From: Azolla caroliniana
Taxonomy: Eukaryota; Plantae; Polypodiophyta
Assembly (NCBI GenBank): GCA_043228905.1
Contig: JBHGNT010000014.1
Span: 8,680,001 to 8,744,000, forward strand
DNA length: 64,000 bases
Direction of reading: 5' to 3'
Shown here: positions 11,105-23,763 of the stretch, piece by piece
Layout of the letters: each line of letters begins with the position of its first letter
Numbering within the stretch: position 1 is the first letter of the stretch
Translations under genes and position numbers: made by a program
Notes under the pieces: model-generated
The model's input: the letters and a program-made list of their open reading frames with translations, nothing else
The model's database searches: none
What the model was told of the DNA's origin: nothing

Positions 11105-11287
11105 CAATGTATACCTTTAGTGACAGGTTTTGCTCCTCGGATGTGGGTGCAAGTGGTGATCGACGACAGGTGTTTATCGATGAATCAACTTCCCTCCTAA
11201 AACCAAGACGCTGTGTTTTGAAAAATCTGTTGAAAATGGCAGGCATAAAAAACTCCAGGGTTTTTATAGTCTACATAAAATAATGAG

Positions 11288-11440
11288 TAGGGCTCTTGTA
11301 TAAGAAGAGCAGGGCTCCTTAACTAGTGAGCAGGGCTCCTCAAGCTCCTGCATAAGAAGAGCAGAGCTCCTTAACCAGTGAGCGGGACTGGGCTCCCTGA
11401 GCGGGGTTGGGCTCCCTAAACTAGTGTGTCGGGCTCCCCA
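11288..11440. repeat. Cluster of about seven GGGCTC(C/T)-like motifs
   Basis: TAGGGCTCTT, GAGCAGGGCTCCT x2, GAGCAGAGCTCCT, CTGGGCTCCC, TTGGGCTCCC and TCGGGCTCCC, spaced ~20-30 bp apart. Confidence 0.75.
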
Positions 11441-11904
11441 AAAAGTAAAAGCAGATGTGTGCCTTTTTTTTAATCCTAAACAGACGGTGGAGATCACACG
11501 CGCCATCAGTGGTGCGACATGCACTGTCTGCGCCCATGATGCCCTCACTTGCCCTCTTAAATTTTTGGGTGCAGTTAGACACGTCGACCAACCAACAGTT
11601 AGTGTACACTCCTTGATGAAGCGGTAATGTATTTCAACAAATCACGAAAACTAGGGTCGACATTAGGCCAAGTCGCGTGCTTGCTTGAGGGAAGGAAGTG
11701 AGTGTATGCATGTTAGTGATAATGGATTACATACCAAAAGTGTGTGTGATGTGGTTGGTGGGTGTTGGTTATACTGATACATATACATAGTATGTATATA
11801 GACATACACATACACATACTCATACACATACGCCTGCCTGACGAAGTACAGCCATCCATCCATAAGATGTTTGCAGAAGGTTCAAGTTATTTGCTTCTTG
11901 TACA

Positions 11905-11937
<33 letters not shown>

Positions 11938-12029
11938 GATATATGTATGGTCGTCGTCCTTGTAAAGGCTGCCATAGAGAGAGAGAGAGAGAGAAATCGC
12001 TTGTTTCATTGCAGGATCCTGATTCATGT

Positions 12030-12073
<44 letters not shown>

Positions 12074-12120
12074 TTCAAGCAGGAACGTAGGCGTGCAGCC
12101 AATGTTGTGACGGTGTCATC

Positions 12121-14910
12121 ATGATAAGCTGTCCCCAGCCGCCGCCTCCGCCGCCTCTAATGCTTCCACTTTGCCCTGAAGATAGCTCCTCCTCCCTCTA
12201 CTCGCCTGCGTTCCTGGACGTCCACATGCTCACGGAAATGAAACCAGACGACAAAGCCATTCCTGCCCTAGTACCTTGTACAGCATTTCCATACTCCACT
12301 ACTCATCATGCAGATCATTATGTGGATGGCAGCGGATCAAGTTGCAAGAAATTGAGTCTGGACACAATAATCTGTTGTTTGGAAGCTGATACAACTCTAT
12401 CAGGTGCACCATGGAATGCTGATCTTCTTTGCCTCCTAGACAGGTGTAGCAAGGAGCGGAATTATGGACTTGCATTGCGCTTACATACATATATGTGCAA
12501 TAATGGGTTCGAAGTGCATCCAGCACTAGGAAACCATCTTATCTTGATGCTTCTAGAGGCGAAGAGGATTTCCGATGCACGGTACATTTTTGATAGCTTG
12601 CAAACACCAGATGAATGTTCCTGGAACTCTCTCATTGTAGGCTATGTGAGATATGGACAACCAAAGAATGCTATTCTCCTTTATAAAAGAATGCAGAAGG
12701 AGAGCCATATATGCCCATCTGCTAGAACCTTTGCGTCACTGTTTAAGGCTTGTGCAAAGCTTAAGGATCTAGAAATGGGTCATAAATTACACAGAAAAGT
12801 TCTCGAAAACGGATGGCTAAAGAAAAGTCTCTTTGTTGGAAGCAGTCTCGTTGACATGTATGCCAAGTGTAGATCTCTAGAGAAAGCACAAGAAGTGTTT
12901 GACAACCTGCCAAATCTAGATGTTGTTTCCTGGAATGCATTGATCGCAGGTTATGTCAACCATGACAGAAGTTGTGAAGCACTCGAGTATTTTGAACGGA
13001 TGCAGTTGGAAGGTATCATTCCTAATGCCATCACATATGTCTTTGCTTTAAAAGCTTGTGCCAGTGTGGGTAATACGTGGAAGGGTGAGAAAATACATGC
13101 TGAGATTGCAAGGCGAGAACTTTTGGAGAGACATTTAATTGTCGGAAATGCGTTAGTTGATATGTATGCAAAATGTGGATCACTTGGTAAAGCTCAGGAG
13201 GTATTTAACCATCTCTTAGTACGAGATGTGGTTTCCTGGAATTCATTAATAGCAGGGTATGTTAACCTAGACCAATGTAAAGAAGCACTTACTTGCTTTG
13301 AAGTGATGCTCCATGAAGGTGCATCTCCAGATGCTATCACATTCATTCATATCTTGAAGGCCTGTCACAGTATGGAAGCTATAGATAAGGTTCCCCACAT
13401 ACATGATGAGATCGCAAGGAATGGGCTTCTGGAAAGAAACATTGATGTTGGCAATGCATTGGTGAATTCCTATGCAACATGTGGTATGTTTGCTAAAGCC
13501 CAGGAAGTATTCGACAAGCTTCCAGTTCGAGATATAGTATCATGGAATTCACTAATAGGAGGGTACTGTAAACATGGTTTCTTCGATGAAGCAGTGAGTT
13601 GTTATGAATGGATGCAACAAGAGGGGATCTCTGCGGATACAGTCACATTCTTTTGTAACTTAAAAGCTTGTAGCAGCAGAGGGGAATCTGATTTTTGCTT
13701 TCTACTACATTCTGATATAACTAAAACAGGGCTTGAAAATGACCATCTTCTTGCAAGCAGCTTAATTGATACATATTCAAAATGTGGTTTGCTTGTTGAA
13801 GCACGGGAACTGTTTAATGCACTCTCAGTTAAAGATGTTGTCTCATGGACTGCACTGGCAACAGGATATGCACAACATGGCTATTATCAGCAAGCCCTGA
13901 ACGACATTGAATGCATGCAGGTTGAGGGAATGAATCCGGATGCTGTTACTTTTGTCTGCTGTATAAAGTCTTGCACTAACCTTGGGAATATCGTTCGAGG
14001 ACAAGAACTGCATGCTGAAATTGCCAGGAAAGGGCTAGAAAGAGACCTCCTCCTAGCAAGTATGTTGGTTGATATGTATGCCAAATGTGGTTTACTCTTT
14101 GAAGCAGAAGAGGTGTTTAATAAGCTTCCAGTTCGAGGAATAATTGCATGGAATGTTCTAATATCTGCATATGTGGACCATAAATACAATGAGAAAGCAA
14201 TCACTTACTTTGACAAGATGCAACTTGAAGGAATTCCTCCAAATGCTGCAATATATGTCTCAATCTTGAAAGCTTGTAGCTATTTAGGAGCTTTAGACAA
14301 GGGCCAAGAATTACACAATGATATTAGGGCAAGAGGATCATTGGAAACAGACCTTTTCATCAGATATTCGTTAATTGACATGTTTGCAAAATCTGGGTTT
14401 ATTGTTAAGGCACGAGAATTATTTGATGAACTTCCAGTTCGAGAATTAGCATCCTGGAATGCACTGCTTGCGGGATATGCACAGCATGGAGTAGCTGCGA
14501 AAGTCTTCCATGTCTTTGATGAAATGAATTCAGAAGGTATTAGACCAAGTTTAGTTACCTTTGTTAGTCTTTTGAATGCTTGCAATCATGCAGGCATGCT
14601 ATTTAAGGGCAAGATGTATTTTGAGGCTATGGTTCTAGAATATGGTATCGTTCCCTCTCTTGAACATTATACTTGCATGGTTAACCTGTTTTGTCGAGCA
14701 GGCCAACTACATGAAGCAATAGGGATGACCAAAAGGATGCCGATGTATCCTGATCATGTATTTTGGCGTGCATTCTTAGGTGCCTGTCAAAAGTGGGGCA
14801 ATATGGAGCTTGGTAGGATCGCTTTTCATAATCTCATTGAATTTAATGGAGCAGACAGTGTATCATATATTTATATGTCAAACATCTGTGCAGGTGCTGA
14901 AATGCTATAG
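12121..14910 (+). CDS. PLS-class pentatricopeptide repeat protein with C-terminal E-type extension, no DYW domain (organellar RNA-editing factor type)
   Basis: 929-aa intronless ORF; repeated P-L-S triplets (LVDMYAKCGS..A..VF / DVVSWN.LI.GY / P..T....LKAC); ends HYTCMVNLFCRAG...WRAFLGACQKWGN...SYIYMSNI. Confidence 0.95.
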   Translation: MISCPQPPPPPPLMLPLCPEDSSSSLYSPAFLDVHMLTEMKPDDKAIPALVPCTAFPYSTTHHADHYVDGSGSSCKKLSLDTIICCLEADTTLSGAPWNADLLCLLDRCSKERNYGLALRLHTYMCNNGFEVHPALGNHLILMLLEAKRISDARYIFDSLQTPDECSWNSLIVGYVRYGQPKNAILLYKRMQKESHICPSARTFASLFKACAKLKDLEMGHKLHRKVLENGWLKKSLFVGSSLVDMYAKCRSLEKAQEVFDNLPNLDVVSWNALIAGYVNHDRSCEALEYFERMQLEGIIPNAITYVFALKACASVGNTWKGEKIHAEIARRELLERHLIVGNALVDMYAKCGSLGKAQEVFNHLLVRDVVSWNSLIAGYVNLDQCKEALTCFEVMLHEGASPDAITFIHILKACHSMEAIDKVPHIHDEIARNGLLERNIDVGNALVNSYATCGMFAKAQEVFDKLPVRDIVSWNSLIGGYCKHGFFDEAVSCYEWMQQEGISADTVTFFCNLKACSSRGESDFCFLLHSDITKTGLENDHLLASSLIDTYSKCGLLVEARELFNALSVKDVVSWTALATGYAQHGYYQQALNDIECMQVEGMNPDAVTFVCCIKSCTNLGNIVRGQELHAEIARKGLERDLLLASMLVDMYAKCGLLFEAEEVFNKLPVRGIIAWNVLISAYVDHKYNEKAITYFDKMQLEGIPPNAAIYVSILKACSYLGALDKGQELHNDIRARGSLETDLFIRYSLIDMFAKSGFIVKARELFDELPVRELASWNALLAGYAQHGVAAKVFHVFDEMNSEGIRPSLVTFVSLLNACNHAGMLFKGKMYFEAMVLEYGIVPSLEHYTCMVNLFCRAGQLHEAIGMTKRMPMYPDHVFWRAFLGACQKWGNMELGRIAFHNLIEFNGADSVSYIYMSNICAGAEML

Positions 14911-16647
14911 AATTCAACATAAATGAGGTTGACACTGTACAATCCAATCAAGAGATTGATAATATGAAGAGTTTTTCTTCTCTATCCAGACATTAAATTA
15001 AAGTTGGACTCAAGTTCAAAAGCCCTTGTGCAAAGTGCGTCTCTCTGGTAAAGATATCTAATGATAAGGTTGTGCACCAGAGGTACAGTGTTACAGGAAA
15101 TAAGAATAGATGTGTGTTGGTTGGTTGGAAGGTAAATCTTGATTGTTTTCACAATAGGCCTAGTCTTGAAGACCAGAGGAGCATTGTAAGTAGGAAATGT
15201 AAATAGTGTGAATAACACCAGAGTTACATAACATTTTAACATACTGATCGTCATGCCTGGATTGGATGAATGCTTATAAGTGAACTTCACCTTCCAGACT
15301 AAACTTTTTACTCCAATAAGATGAGCTATTCCCTGATGCATTTATTGGAGAAACTTGGGTTTTATTCTTATGCATAATCTTTTGTGCAACGTTCCTGCAA
15401 TATATTTAACGTATGGTGGAAACCATCAACATCCTTATAATCATCTTGAATGACTACTTTTAAAGCGGCCAAACTACCTGTGAGCCAATGGTACTGCAGG
15501 GAAAGGAATCAAAGTCACTTGCATGGGCTGGCATTATGAAGCCCAATATGTACATCAAATGTTTCTGCACCATCAACTAAGTGGTTCACTTTTTCAATAT
15601 GTCGAGACTTTGTTAATAGTTTCAAGGAGTCATTGGGTGCATACCATGGGAAATATCACAAAGTTCAGTATTGCTGTGCATTTGTTAGAATATTCTGAAA
15701 TTACGAAGTAATTGCAGCGTTATTTTCCATAAAATAGCATTTGTCCAAGTTGATTTACAATTTACCTGAATATGAAGCTTGCTATATGAAGGATCCATTT
15801 GTATGGGAAGAGCAAAATTGAAGAAATAAAAATAAACAAATTTCGTAGTTTTGCTGTGTATCTGTTTAAGTCAGACTTTTTATGTGATCTTGTGCTTTAG
15901 ATTGCATGATGTGGGAGTGTAGTAAAAAGTTAAAGCATGAATAACAATGCTCTATATTTATTGATGCTGATTAAATATCAACAAAATGACCAAGTTATTG
16001 ATAGCCTCATGGTTCTTCGTAAGTTCAATATAGTCTGCACCCGTTTGTAGGACCTCCAACTTGAACAAGCTGCATTATTTGAGGTGAGAAACCTGTTAGG
16101 CATACAAATGGCTAGAAGTCCATAAATAATAAGTTCAAAGGTTTCCATGGATATGCATTGTGTACGTTTGTCATGACAAGGGTATAAAACTTTACATCTC
16201 AAGAATGAAATCATAAACAAGGCAAGCCAAGCAACAAACATTTAGAAAATCTTCAGATTTTGAGCTACAATAGAAGTAACATCAATATCCACCATGATTA
16301 ATGTGTTGGAAAGAGTTAGTTTAAGTTTGAAATATGTGAAGCAAAATATTAAATATAAACTTAGTAGCAAGGAATAAATAGAGAAATTTGGCCAAATAGA
16401 GAAATTTGACCAAACAAAAAGCTAGAATATTACTGTACACAGCCTCCATCTTCTTCACATATCCAGTTAGGGATGGATCCAAATGATGCGAAACCTTGAT
16501 TTTTACCGATGGCAACATATGGCTAGTAAAAATCCAATGTCTATTTCTGAAAATCACTAGAATTACAAGACATTGGCATACTGTTATCGTTCACGCTGTT
16601 ACATTGCATACTGTTTAACAAGATGTAACCTTGAGAAAATATCTCAG

Positions 16648-18390
16648 TTATTCAACAACAAAAACATCACCTAGCTTGGATGACAATGTGGTCCTTAAAT
16701 AGGGAGTAGGCTCATGGCCATGAGTTATCATTTCTTTCACCCATACACGAGCATCGTCAAATTTTCCCACAGAGCAGAAATGAGTCACCAAGGTGAGGTA
16801 GACTTCAGCTGGTAGTCCATAGCTTTTATTTCTCATTTCCTGCACGAGATGCAAAAGATCCTCAATATGAGGACTGCCCACACAAAGACCACGAGACAAA
16901 GCGAGGTATAACCTAGCATCAGGTTGTAATTTTTTTCCTATCATTCCCTCTTTTATATCTAGAGCTTTCCTTACATAGCCAGCAGCACAAAGATTTTTTA
17001 TCATAACAATGTACGTCATGATATCTGTGACATTCCCCTCCATTTGCATCCGCTCGAAAGTTTCGACAGCATCGGACACTTGCCCAGCCAAGAAAAGGCT
17101 ATTCAAAATGGCTGTATAAATCTTAGTGTCAAGGGGTAGTCCATTTTGCTTCTTCTTCTTCAACATGAGCTCAGATATACTGAGAGCCTCCTTCACCTTC
17201 CCCCCTCTGTTCAAACCATGAATCAATGCTGCATACGTGGACAATTCAGGGCCACAATCCTCCTCCTCCATCTCCTTCACAAGTTCTTGAGCCATGTCAA
17301 ACCTGTTATTCCTGCACAGAAGCTTCACACACACAGTGTAGGCGTGTCTGTCTGGTTTCAGACCCTTGGTCTTCATCTCGTTAAGAATCTCCAAAGCCAT
17401 AGAGTTATACCGTGTTCTCCACACTGCAGTAATTAATCTACTATAAACCTGTTGGAGGAAATTTGCCGCACTACTTTGAACTAGCTTCGCAATTTCTTGC
17501 ACAAGAGCAAGGGCAGCTTCTGTATGATCTGTTTTGCAGAGAGCTTCCAAGAGTGCACCGAGGGCCTTATCTCCAGGAAGCATGTGTGCAGACAGCATCT
17601 CTTTGGTGGTGAGGAGGGCAGCATCCACTCTGCTACATTTGACCAGCGCAAAGACCAGAGCTTCATAAGATAAATGCGTGGGCTTGCAATATCCAGCCTT
17701 TTTCATGTCCATAAACACAGTGACACCATGATCCGGTCTTCGGAGCTTTGTATTGGCAGTTATCAAAGCCGCCCAAACAGGCTCAGGTGCATTGGGAATG
17801 GAGGAGGCAAGAATGTGGTGCATGGAGGAGATCTTGTGAGGTCCATATATCTCCGCCCACGTCTGACCAATGGCTTCGATGTCCTCTCTTTCCATCACAA
17901 GCTGTGTGGCAGTGGCCCAGGACAGAATGCGTAATGCAGACTCCTCCTTCATGCTGTGGGCCAGTTGGTTGAGGACAGCGTGGAGAGTGGAGGATGAGAT
18001 GGGCCAGAAGGAGATGAGGTCATCCTCTTTAGACGGGCTCCAGGAACCATCCAGTAGGACGAGGAGCTCTGCGATCTTCTTCTTCTTCTTCTTCTTATCG
18101 GGGTCATATGCACCATCTCCACCCTCTGGGACGTCTTCTACGCAGAGATGGGGATCGGAGTCTTGTGCTACATAGGCGGAGGCGTGTAAGCTGTTATTGG
18201 GGGGGGGTAGAGAAAAAGAGGAGAAGTGATGATGCACCTGCAGAGCTTCTCCGTGGCTGTTGCAACAACAAACCCTGCAGAGCTTGGCGATGGCGATGTG
18301 CTGCTGTGAAGAAGAAGAAGAAGAAGAAGAAGAAGAAGAAGATGCAGCACGCACGAGTCTCAGAAATCTGCTACCGCCGTACCTGAACAT
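16648..18390 (-). CDS. P-class pentatricopeptide repeat protein, probably mitochondrial
   Basis: 580-aa intronless ORF; R/S-rich N-terminus MFRYGGSRFLRLVRAASSS; tandem 35-aa repeats (TYAALIHGL, IYTAILNSL, TYIVMIKNLC, VYLTLVTHFC). Confidence 0.92.
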   Translation of the reverse strand: MFRYGGSRFLRLVRAASSSSSSSSSSSSQQHIAIAKLCRVCCCNSHGEALQVHHHFSSFSLPPPNNSLHASAYVAQDSDPHLCVEDVPEGGDGAYDPDKKKKKKKIAELLVLLDGSWSPSKEDDLISFWPISSSTLHAVLNQLAHSMKEESALRILSWATATQLVMEREDIEAIGQTWAEIYGPHKISSMHHILASSIPNAPEPVWAALITANTKLRRPDHGVTVFMDMKKAGYCKPTHLSYEALVFALVKCSRVDAALLTTKEMLSAHMLPGDKALGALLEALCKTDHTEAALALVQEIAKLVQSSAANFLQQVYSRLITAVWRTRYNSMALEILNEMKTKGLKPDRHAYTVCVKLLCRNNRFDMAQELVKEMEEEDCGPELSTYAALIHGLNRGGKVKEALSISELMLKKKKQNGLPLDTKIYTAILNSLFLAGQVSDAVETFERMQMEGNVTDIMTYIVMIKNLCAAGYVRKALDIKEGMIGKKLQPDARLYLALSRGLCVGSPHIEDLLHLVQEMRNKSYGLPAEVYLTLVTHFCSVGKFDDARVWVKEMITHGHEPTPYLRTTLSSKLGDVFVVE

Positions 18391-18831
18391 GATGATAATA
18401 AATATACATACTCATACAATACAATATGTATATCATATATGTATGTACATATATACATACATAAAGAGGAAAAAGGGGGAAGGAAAGAGGTGGAGAAGAG
18501 ATGTGTCAATGCGTGTCTGTAGCTACCTAATGCTATCTATATATATCTATATCATATATCTATAAATCTATCGGAAACCATAAGAAGAAGAAGAAGAAGA
18601 ATTGTGGACCGTGGTGGCACTTTTACTAGTCGATATCGGAAATCTCCCTCCGTCTCTATGATGCACATATACAACCAATTGAGTACGTACATCATTGATC
18701 GTAGAGGGTATCAGTTATTATTAGTCTCGCGTTTTATTTTTCAACAAAAAAATCCTCAATTGCTATTAAAATTAAAGTGGCAAGAGGCAGTATACAAAAT
18801 AGTTCACTATTACAACGAATATTGCATATCC

Positions 18832-19384
18832 CGTAAATGAGAGACCGGCCACAACCGGATAGCAAGTCAAGTGCAAAAACAAGAAGAAACAAACCAAAAT
18901 CGAAAATGACACAGACAATGAAACACAAGATATTAACGTGGAAACCATAAAATAGTGAAAAAAACACGGGAGCCCACTGACTCCGAATTGTTTCACTATA
19001 TGAGGAGAGAATACAAGGAGACTCACGGGCAACAACCTTGAGCTCTTCTTCGTCTAACTGGCGGTTACACACACACTCTCTTCACCGCACACAGATTACG
19101 ATTATGTACAGTGATAAGTAACTCTCTTCTTATGTTAGCTACTTGCCCTAACTATATTTATACTCATATACAACATGGCCTATTTACAGATATAGCCATA
19201 ATGGGCACATCTAGGCTATTTACAAATATAGCCTAGTCGGATTCTGTCAATTCATCTATTAGCCGAATCAGTTATGGGACAGCCAATTTTTCGGCCTTGG
19301 CCTATTGACCTCGGTCAAGTTACCTATCGACTCCATCCGATCCGGCTCATGCTCCTCCCATCCGGAGGGACCTGTTTCCCAACA
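18832..19384 (-). mobile_element. Solo LTR (553 bp)
   Basis: 5-bp TSD TATCC (18827-18831 and 19385-19389); minus-strand start TGTTGGGAAACAGGTCCCTCCGGATGGG is shared with 43638-44139. Confidence 0.85.
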
Positions 19385-19499
19385 TATCCCTCTATTTACA
19401 AGCTGACTACGGATTTCTTGGCCTTTTGAATGGCTTCTATGCCATTGCAAGCTTGAAATCCCCCTCCCCCCCCCCACCTCCAACATCTCTGAGCTTCAA

Positions 19500-21833
19500 A
19501 GCATCTGCCCTCATCGACCCTCAAGAATGTGCTTCAAACCATCAACACTCATTTGTATCAAGAATACAAAATTATCTTCACCAGACTCTTTGAATTCTCC
19601 TTCTTTTCCAATTAGTTGTATTTCCATAACCCTTATAACTATCATAGTCACCTTTAATCGTATGTACCAATAATTCCTAGAAGGACTTTACTTGATTCAC
19701 AACATTAGTTTGTTCAACATTGTATAGTTTGGAGCACCTCATTTTCCAAAGAACCCATAAGGCCAAAGAGGAGACAATCTGCCAAACATAACACTGGGAG
19801 AAGAACTTGATTCCCAGCAAGGAGCTTGAAGTAATGTCCACCTGAAAACTTTTCACATGTAAAGTTAGCGAATAATTATGATAATGATAAAAAACCGTTT
19901 GTTGGGCCAACGTTCCTCAAAACACTGCAACCCATGTGAAGATAGTCGACCTATACCTATGACCTAATAGCCTAAGAATTCGAAGCCAAAAACTTTTGGC
20001 CGCAACACATTCCCAAAAAACATGATCGAATGTCTCAGATGAAAACCCACACATAACACATGATAGATCAAGGCACCGATCCCCTCAGTAAAGCTCCTAC
20101 TGGCAATGCATAATGAATCATCAACCATTGAAAATGCAATAGTTTGTTCATACACTGTGACCAAAACTATTTCTAGAACTTCAACATATGAGAAGATGAC
20201 ACATTACCTTCCTCCCAATACTTTTTCCTCATAGGTATCGACGCCATCTGATTCAACAAAAATAGTCTACCAAACGTCACATAGTATGTAAAGAATGGAA
20301 GGACCTTCATTTGCGAAGTGTCAGGCTTGGACAACTTCCAACCATAATAAGATAGATCCCAATGCAGATCAGTAATTGGCCTAGAGTGTAAAACCCAAAT
20401 ATGAGATGAGTACTTAGAATTAATGGATTATGATTAATTACTCTCACTGGCAACTGATTTGTAGAAGACATAATTGGAGACTCCTCCACTAATAACAACC
20501 TACCATTATCTAGAACTTCATAAAAATAGAGGTTGCCATTTTGATGATATAAACGAGCTCCTATAATAAGTATATTAAATGTCGAAAACATACCAGCCCA
20601 ACTCTGAAAATGATTGAACTACAAAGTTGGCACTATTACCTGATACACCGTAGACAATTGAGAGAGCATAATATTTGTCCCTCTTAAATTAGACAACATA
20701 TTCCTTTGGTTTTGCGCTAAAGTTTGCAGAAAATTTAACCAATCCGCAACCGTATGAGCTGGGCCAATATCCATTACAACCCAAGATAACCCAGTGTGAA
20801 AGTGTTTTTAGAATTCAAGTCATTGAACATTAGAAGAATATAAAGTATGGATAATTCACATTTGGTGGCTACACGAACCAAGCCCTTAAGAAGAAGTCAA
20901 AAGTAAAAGTAAGACACATAGAGAAAAGTAAAAAGAGAAAAAGCGAACCATAAAAACAATAAAAAAGGAATGGTCATAACTCTTTCGTTTGTATCCCAAA
21001 TATCACGTTTAAATATGGGTTAGAAAGCGTGTAAAGAGAGCTATCTATAGCTTTTTAAAGCTCTAAATTTGGAACTTGGATGAGGGAGATATGATGATTA
21101 GAAGGTCACTGGGTCTTAGCTAAAAATAGGAGATAAAAAGCTTCTAAAAAGAGCGTGACGAGGAAGAAGAAGAAAATTATAAAAGAGGAAGTGATAGTCT
21201 TAGAAGAGGGATCCTAATAAAGGAGGAGGCTTGGGAAGAGGTGTAATAGTGGAAGAGGAAGGGTCTTAGTAGTGGGTTTGAGTGATTCGAAGTAAGAAGG
21301 TCTTTGGTTTTTTAGTTCAATGTGGAGTTTATCTCCTTTGTATGGTCTTGATAATTGAATATTATAACATTCTTACCCCTTTCTCGTCTTCTCTATCTTT
21401 TGTATTAATTTCTTGAGTCTCCCTCTCTAATTCGTAGTTACCTTGGTTGTTATAATCTATTTTAATTCACAACTCTCTCTAATCTTCTTGGTCAAGCCCT
21501 CATATTGTGTACAACAATCCTTTGTCTTATACACCCTATCACCTAGGTCATCAATTCCAAAATACATGCAACTTCATCAATAAATAAAACATTCCATAAC
21601 AATTGTTGACACATGAATTGATGATAAGTTTTTGGTGGCAAGAAAACAAGTGCTTGACGAATACTTTCCCATGCACGAAGAATTCCATTAAAGTAATGTA
21701 AAGACCCAATTGTTGGGAATATGAGATGTTGTGCAATGGAAGAATGTAGTTGAGGACTTGTAGTTAGTGTCAAGCAAGCAACATAGATAAACAGATTATG
21801 CATGGTAGGCAAGAAGAAAGCAACAAGAAGCAC
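19500..21833 (-). mobile_element. Degenerate L1-like LINE ORF2 3' region, interrupted by a solo LTR
   Basis: Fragments WQIVSSLALWVLWKMRCSK and ILRAWESIRQAL...QQLLWN resemble the plus-strand LINE at 23300-23500 and 35660-36060. Confidence 0.65.
20795..21541. mobile_element. Solo LTR (747 bp) inserted in a LINE
   Basis: TG...CA termini (TGTGAAAG...CCCTATCA); near-perfect TSD CCCAG/CCTAG; LINE sequence is continuous across the insertion. Confidence 0.7.
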
Positions 21834-22231
21834 TCTGTTAAGCTGTAATGGAAGACATCACTCTATTATTTTCTCAAAACTCTCTCTCTCTCTCTCTCTA
21901 CAACCTATCAGTTGGGCTTATATATATATATATATATATATACACTCCAGTCCTAACTGGGCAGCATGTTCACATTAAGGATACAAATTGGGTGGAGTTG
22001 GCCTTTTATGCCAACAAACTCCCTTGTAAAAGGACAACTCTACATGGATATACAATATGTTGGGGTTATCTCCCCGCTAAACCTAGATTACAATTTGAAT
22101 CTAAATTACAGTCGTACGATTACAAGTCGATCGGCTTATGGCCGAATCGGTAGAGGTTAAGTCTGATTCTAGCCTAATTTAGCTAGTTTGGAACGACATG
22201 TTCACTAGAGGCTGAAATCCAGAATCAGACA

Positions 22232-22408
22232 CGATCCGATAACACATTTGAGAGACGAATGTTTGCCGCATCATAAAGTCGGTTACATTGACATTCCATA
22301 ATGCCCAAAACAAGTCGGAATTAGACAAGATCCGATAACACATTTGAGAGACGAATGTTTGCCGCATCATAAAGTCGGTTACATTGACATTTCCATAATG
22401 CCCAAAAC
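22232..22408. repeat. Direct duplication of ~80 bp
   Basis: GATCCGATAACACATTTGAGAGACGAATGTTTGCCGCATCATAAAGTCGGTTACATTGACATT...ATAATGCCCAAAAC occurs twice, ~96 bp apart. Confidence 0.85.
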
Positions 22409-23686
22409 GTTACTGTGGTCACTGTTTTCCAAATCTAGACAGATTGCACATGGTTCTTTTTTGTTTGTAGGTGATGTTAGTAGATTTTCATTTTCGCGAT
22501 CAATAAGACAAGGGTGTTTGCTTGCTCCCTTTTTGTTTATTTTAGTTTTTTGAAGCCTTTTCTGATTTTCTTAGGAGTAGGAATGTGGATATTCAGGGTA
22601 TAGCCTTACCTATACAAGGATATGCAACCTCCGCTATTGATTCAAAATCTTCAACAAGTGTTATCCGATTTTTGTGATGCTTCAAGAGCTTTGATAAGTT
22701 GGAAGTCAATGGGAATTTTGGTTTCCGTCGTCTTCTCCCCCACAAGATGTGCCAACTCTAGGTTTTATTTGGGTACCTCGAGGTACAACTGTAAAGTATT
22801 TGGGTTGTCAAGTGGGGATAGATTTGTTAGTAGAAGAGATGGTAACACCCCTTTTATTATGGGTTAGAAATAAGTTGTATTGGGATACCACTAATTTGTC
22901 TCTACCAGGAAGGGTGGTTGTGGCAAACTTGGTTTTTCTTGCATCGATGTGGTATGTTGCATCAACATGGCTATTTTCACGGTCTATTATATTGAAACTA
23001 CAATGTTTAGTTCGTAATTTTATTTAGGGTGCCCCGTTGGGATTAAGGGTTGTTGCAAAAGTTGCGTGGTTGGTTTTAATCTGACCAATACGTGTAGGTG
23101 GACTTGGTTTAATAGATCCTTTGCTCCAAAGTAAGGCCCTTCTTGCAAAGCATGTTGTGAGAGGATTTATGCCTGGGAATGAGTTGTGGAAAAAGTTGTG
23201 GTTGTTATCTCTTCGTAACATTAAACCTACAAAGGAGGACAGTGGCAGGATAGTTTTTTATGGTTGTTTAACTTTGAATTTCTAATTAAGGCTCATAATG
23301 TTGGTTCAATGAGATTCTTTACAAGTATTTTGAGGGCATGGAAAGACATTAGAGAGGCTCTCCTATTTCAACTTCCATCGACAGAAGCCCAATTTTTATG
23401 GCAGTCGTAGTTATGGAATCCTTTGTTTACTGATTGATAGTTTTGGTTGTGTTTTAGGAATTAGACAACGTTTATCATGGGGAAAAATGGAGTTGGGACC
23501 AACTACCTCAGTGGTTGCTTGGGGGAGGACAAGAAACAATTTTCAACTTCTTTCTGTGGGGGTTGTTTGATGTTTGAGCAGATTTGGCAAGCTATCCAGA
23601 ATTGTCAACTGCTCTCAGAGGAGGGCAAGAAACAATTTTCAGCTTCTTTGCGTGGGGGTTGTTTGATGTTTGAGCAGATTCGGCAA

Positions 23687-23726
23687 TGTGAACGTAAGTG
23701 TTTGCGGAAGCGTAAAACAGAGAACA

Positions 23727-23763
<37 letters not shown>

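Noticed and set aside
11288-11440. Possible CRISPR-like array or Helitron/CACTA terminus
   Set aside because: Repeats are only 7-13 bp with related spacers and there are no cas genes in this eukaryotic context. CTAG/TAGTG sites lack a clear hairpin or a matching opposite end.
14982-16557. Short ORFs between the two PPR genes
   Set aside because: No convincing motif; likely UTR/intergenic DNA, with at most a faint LINE remnant near 15070-15180.
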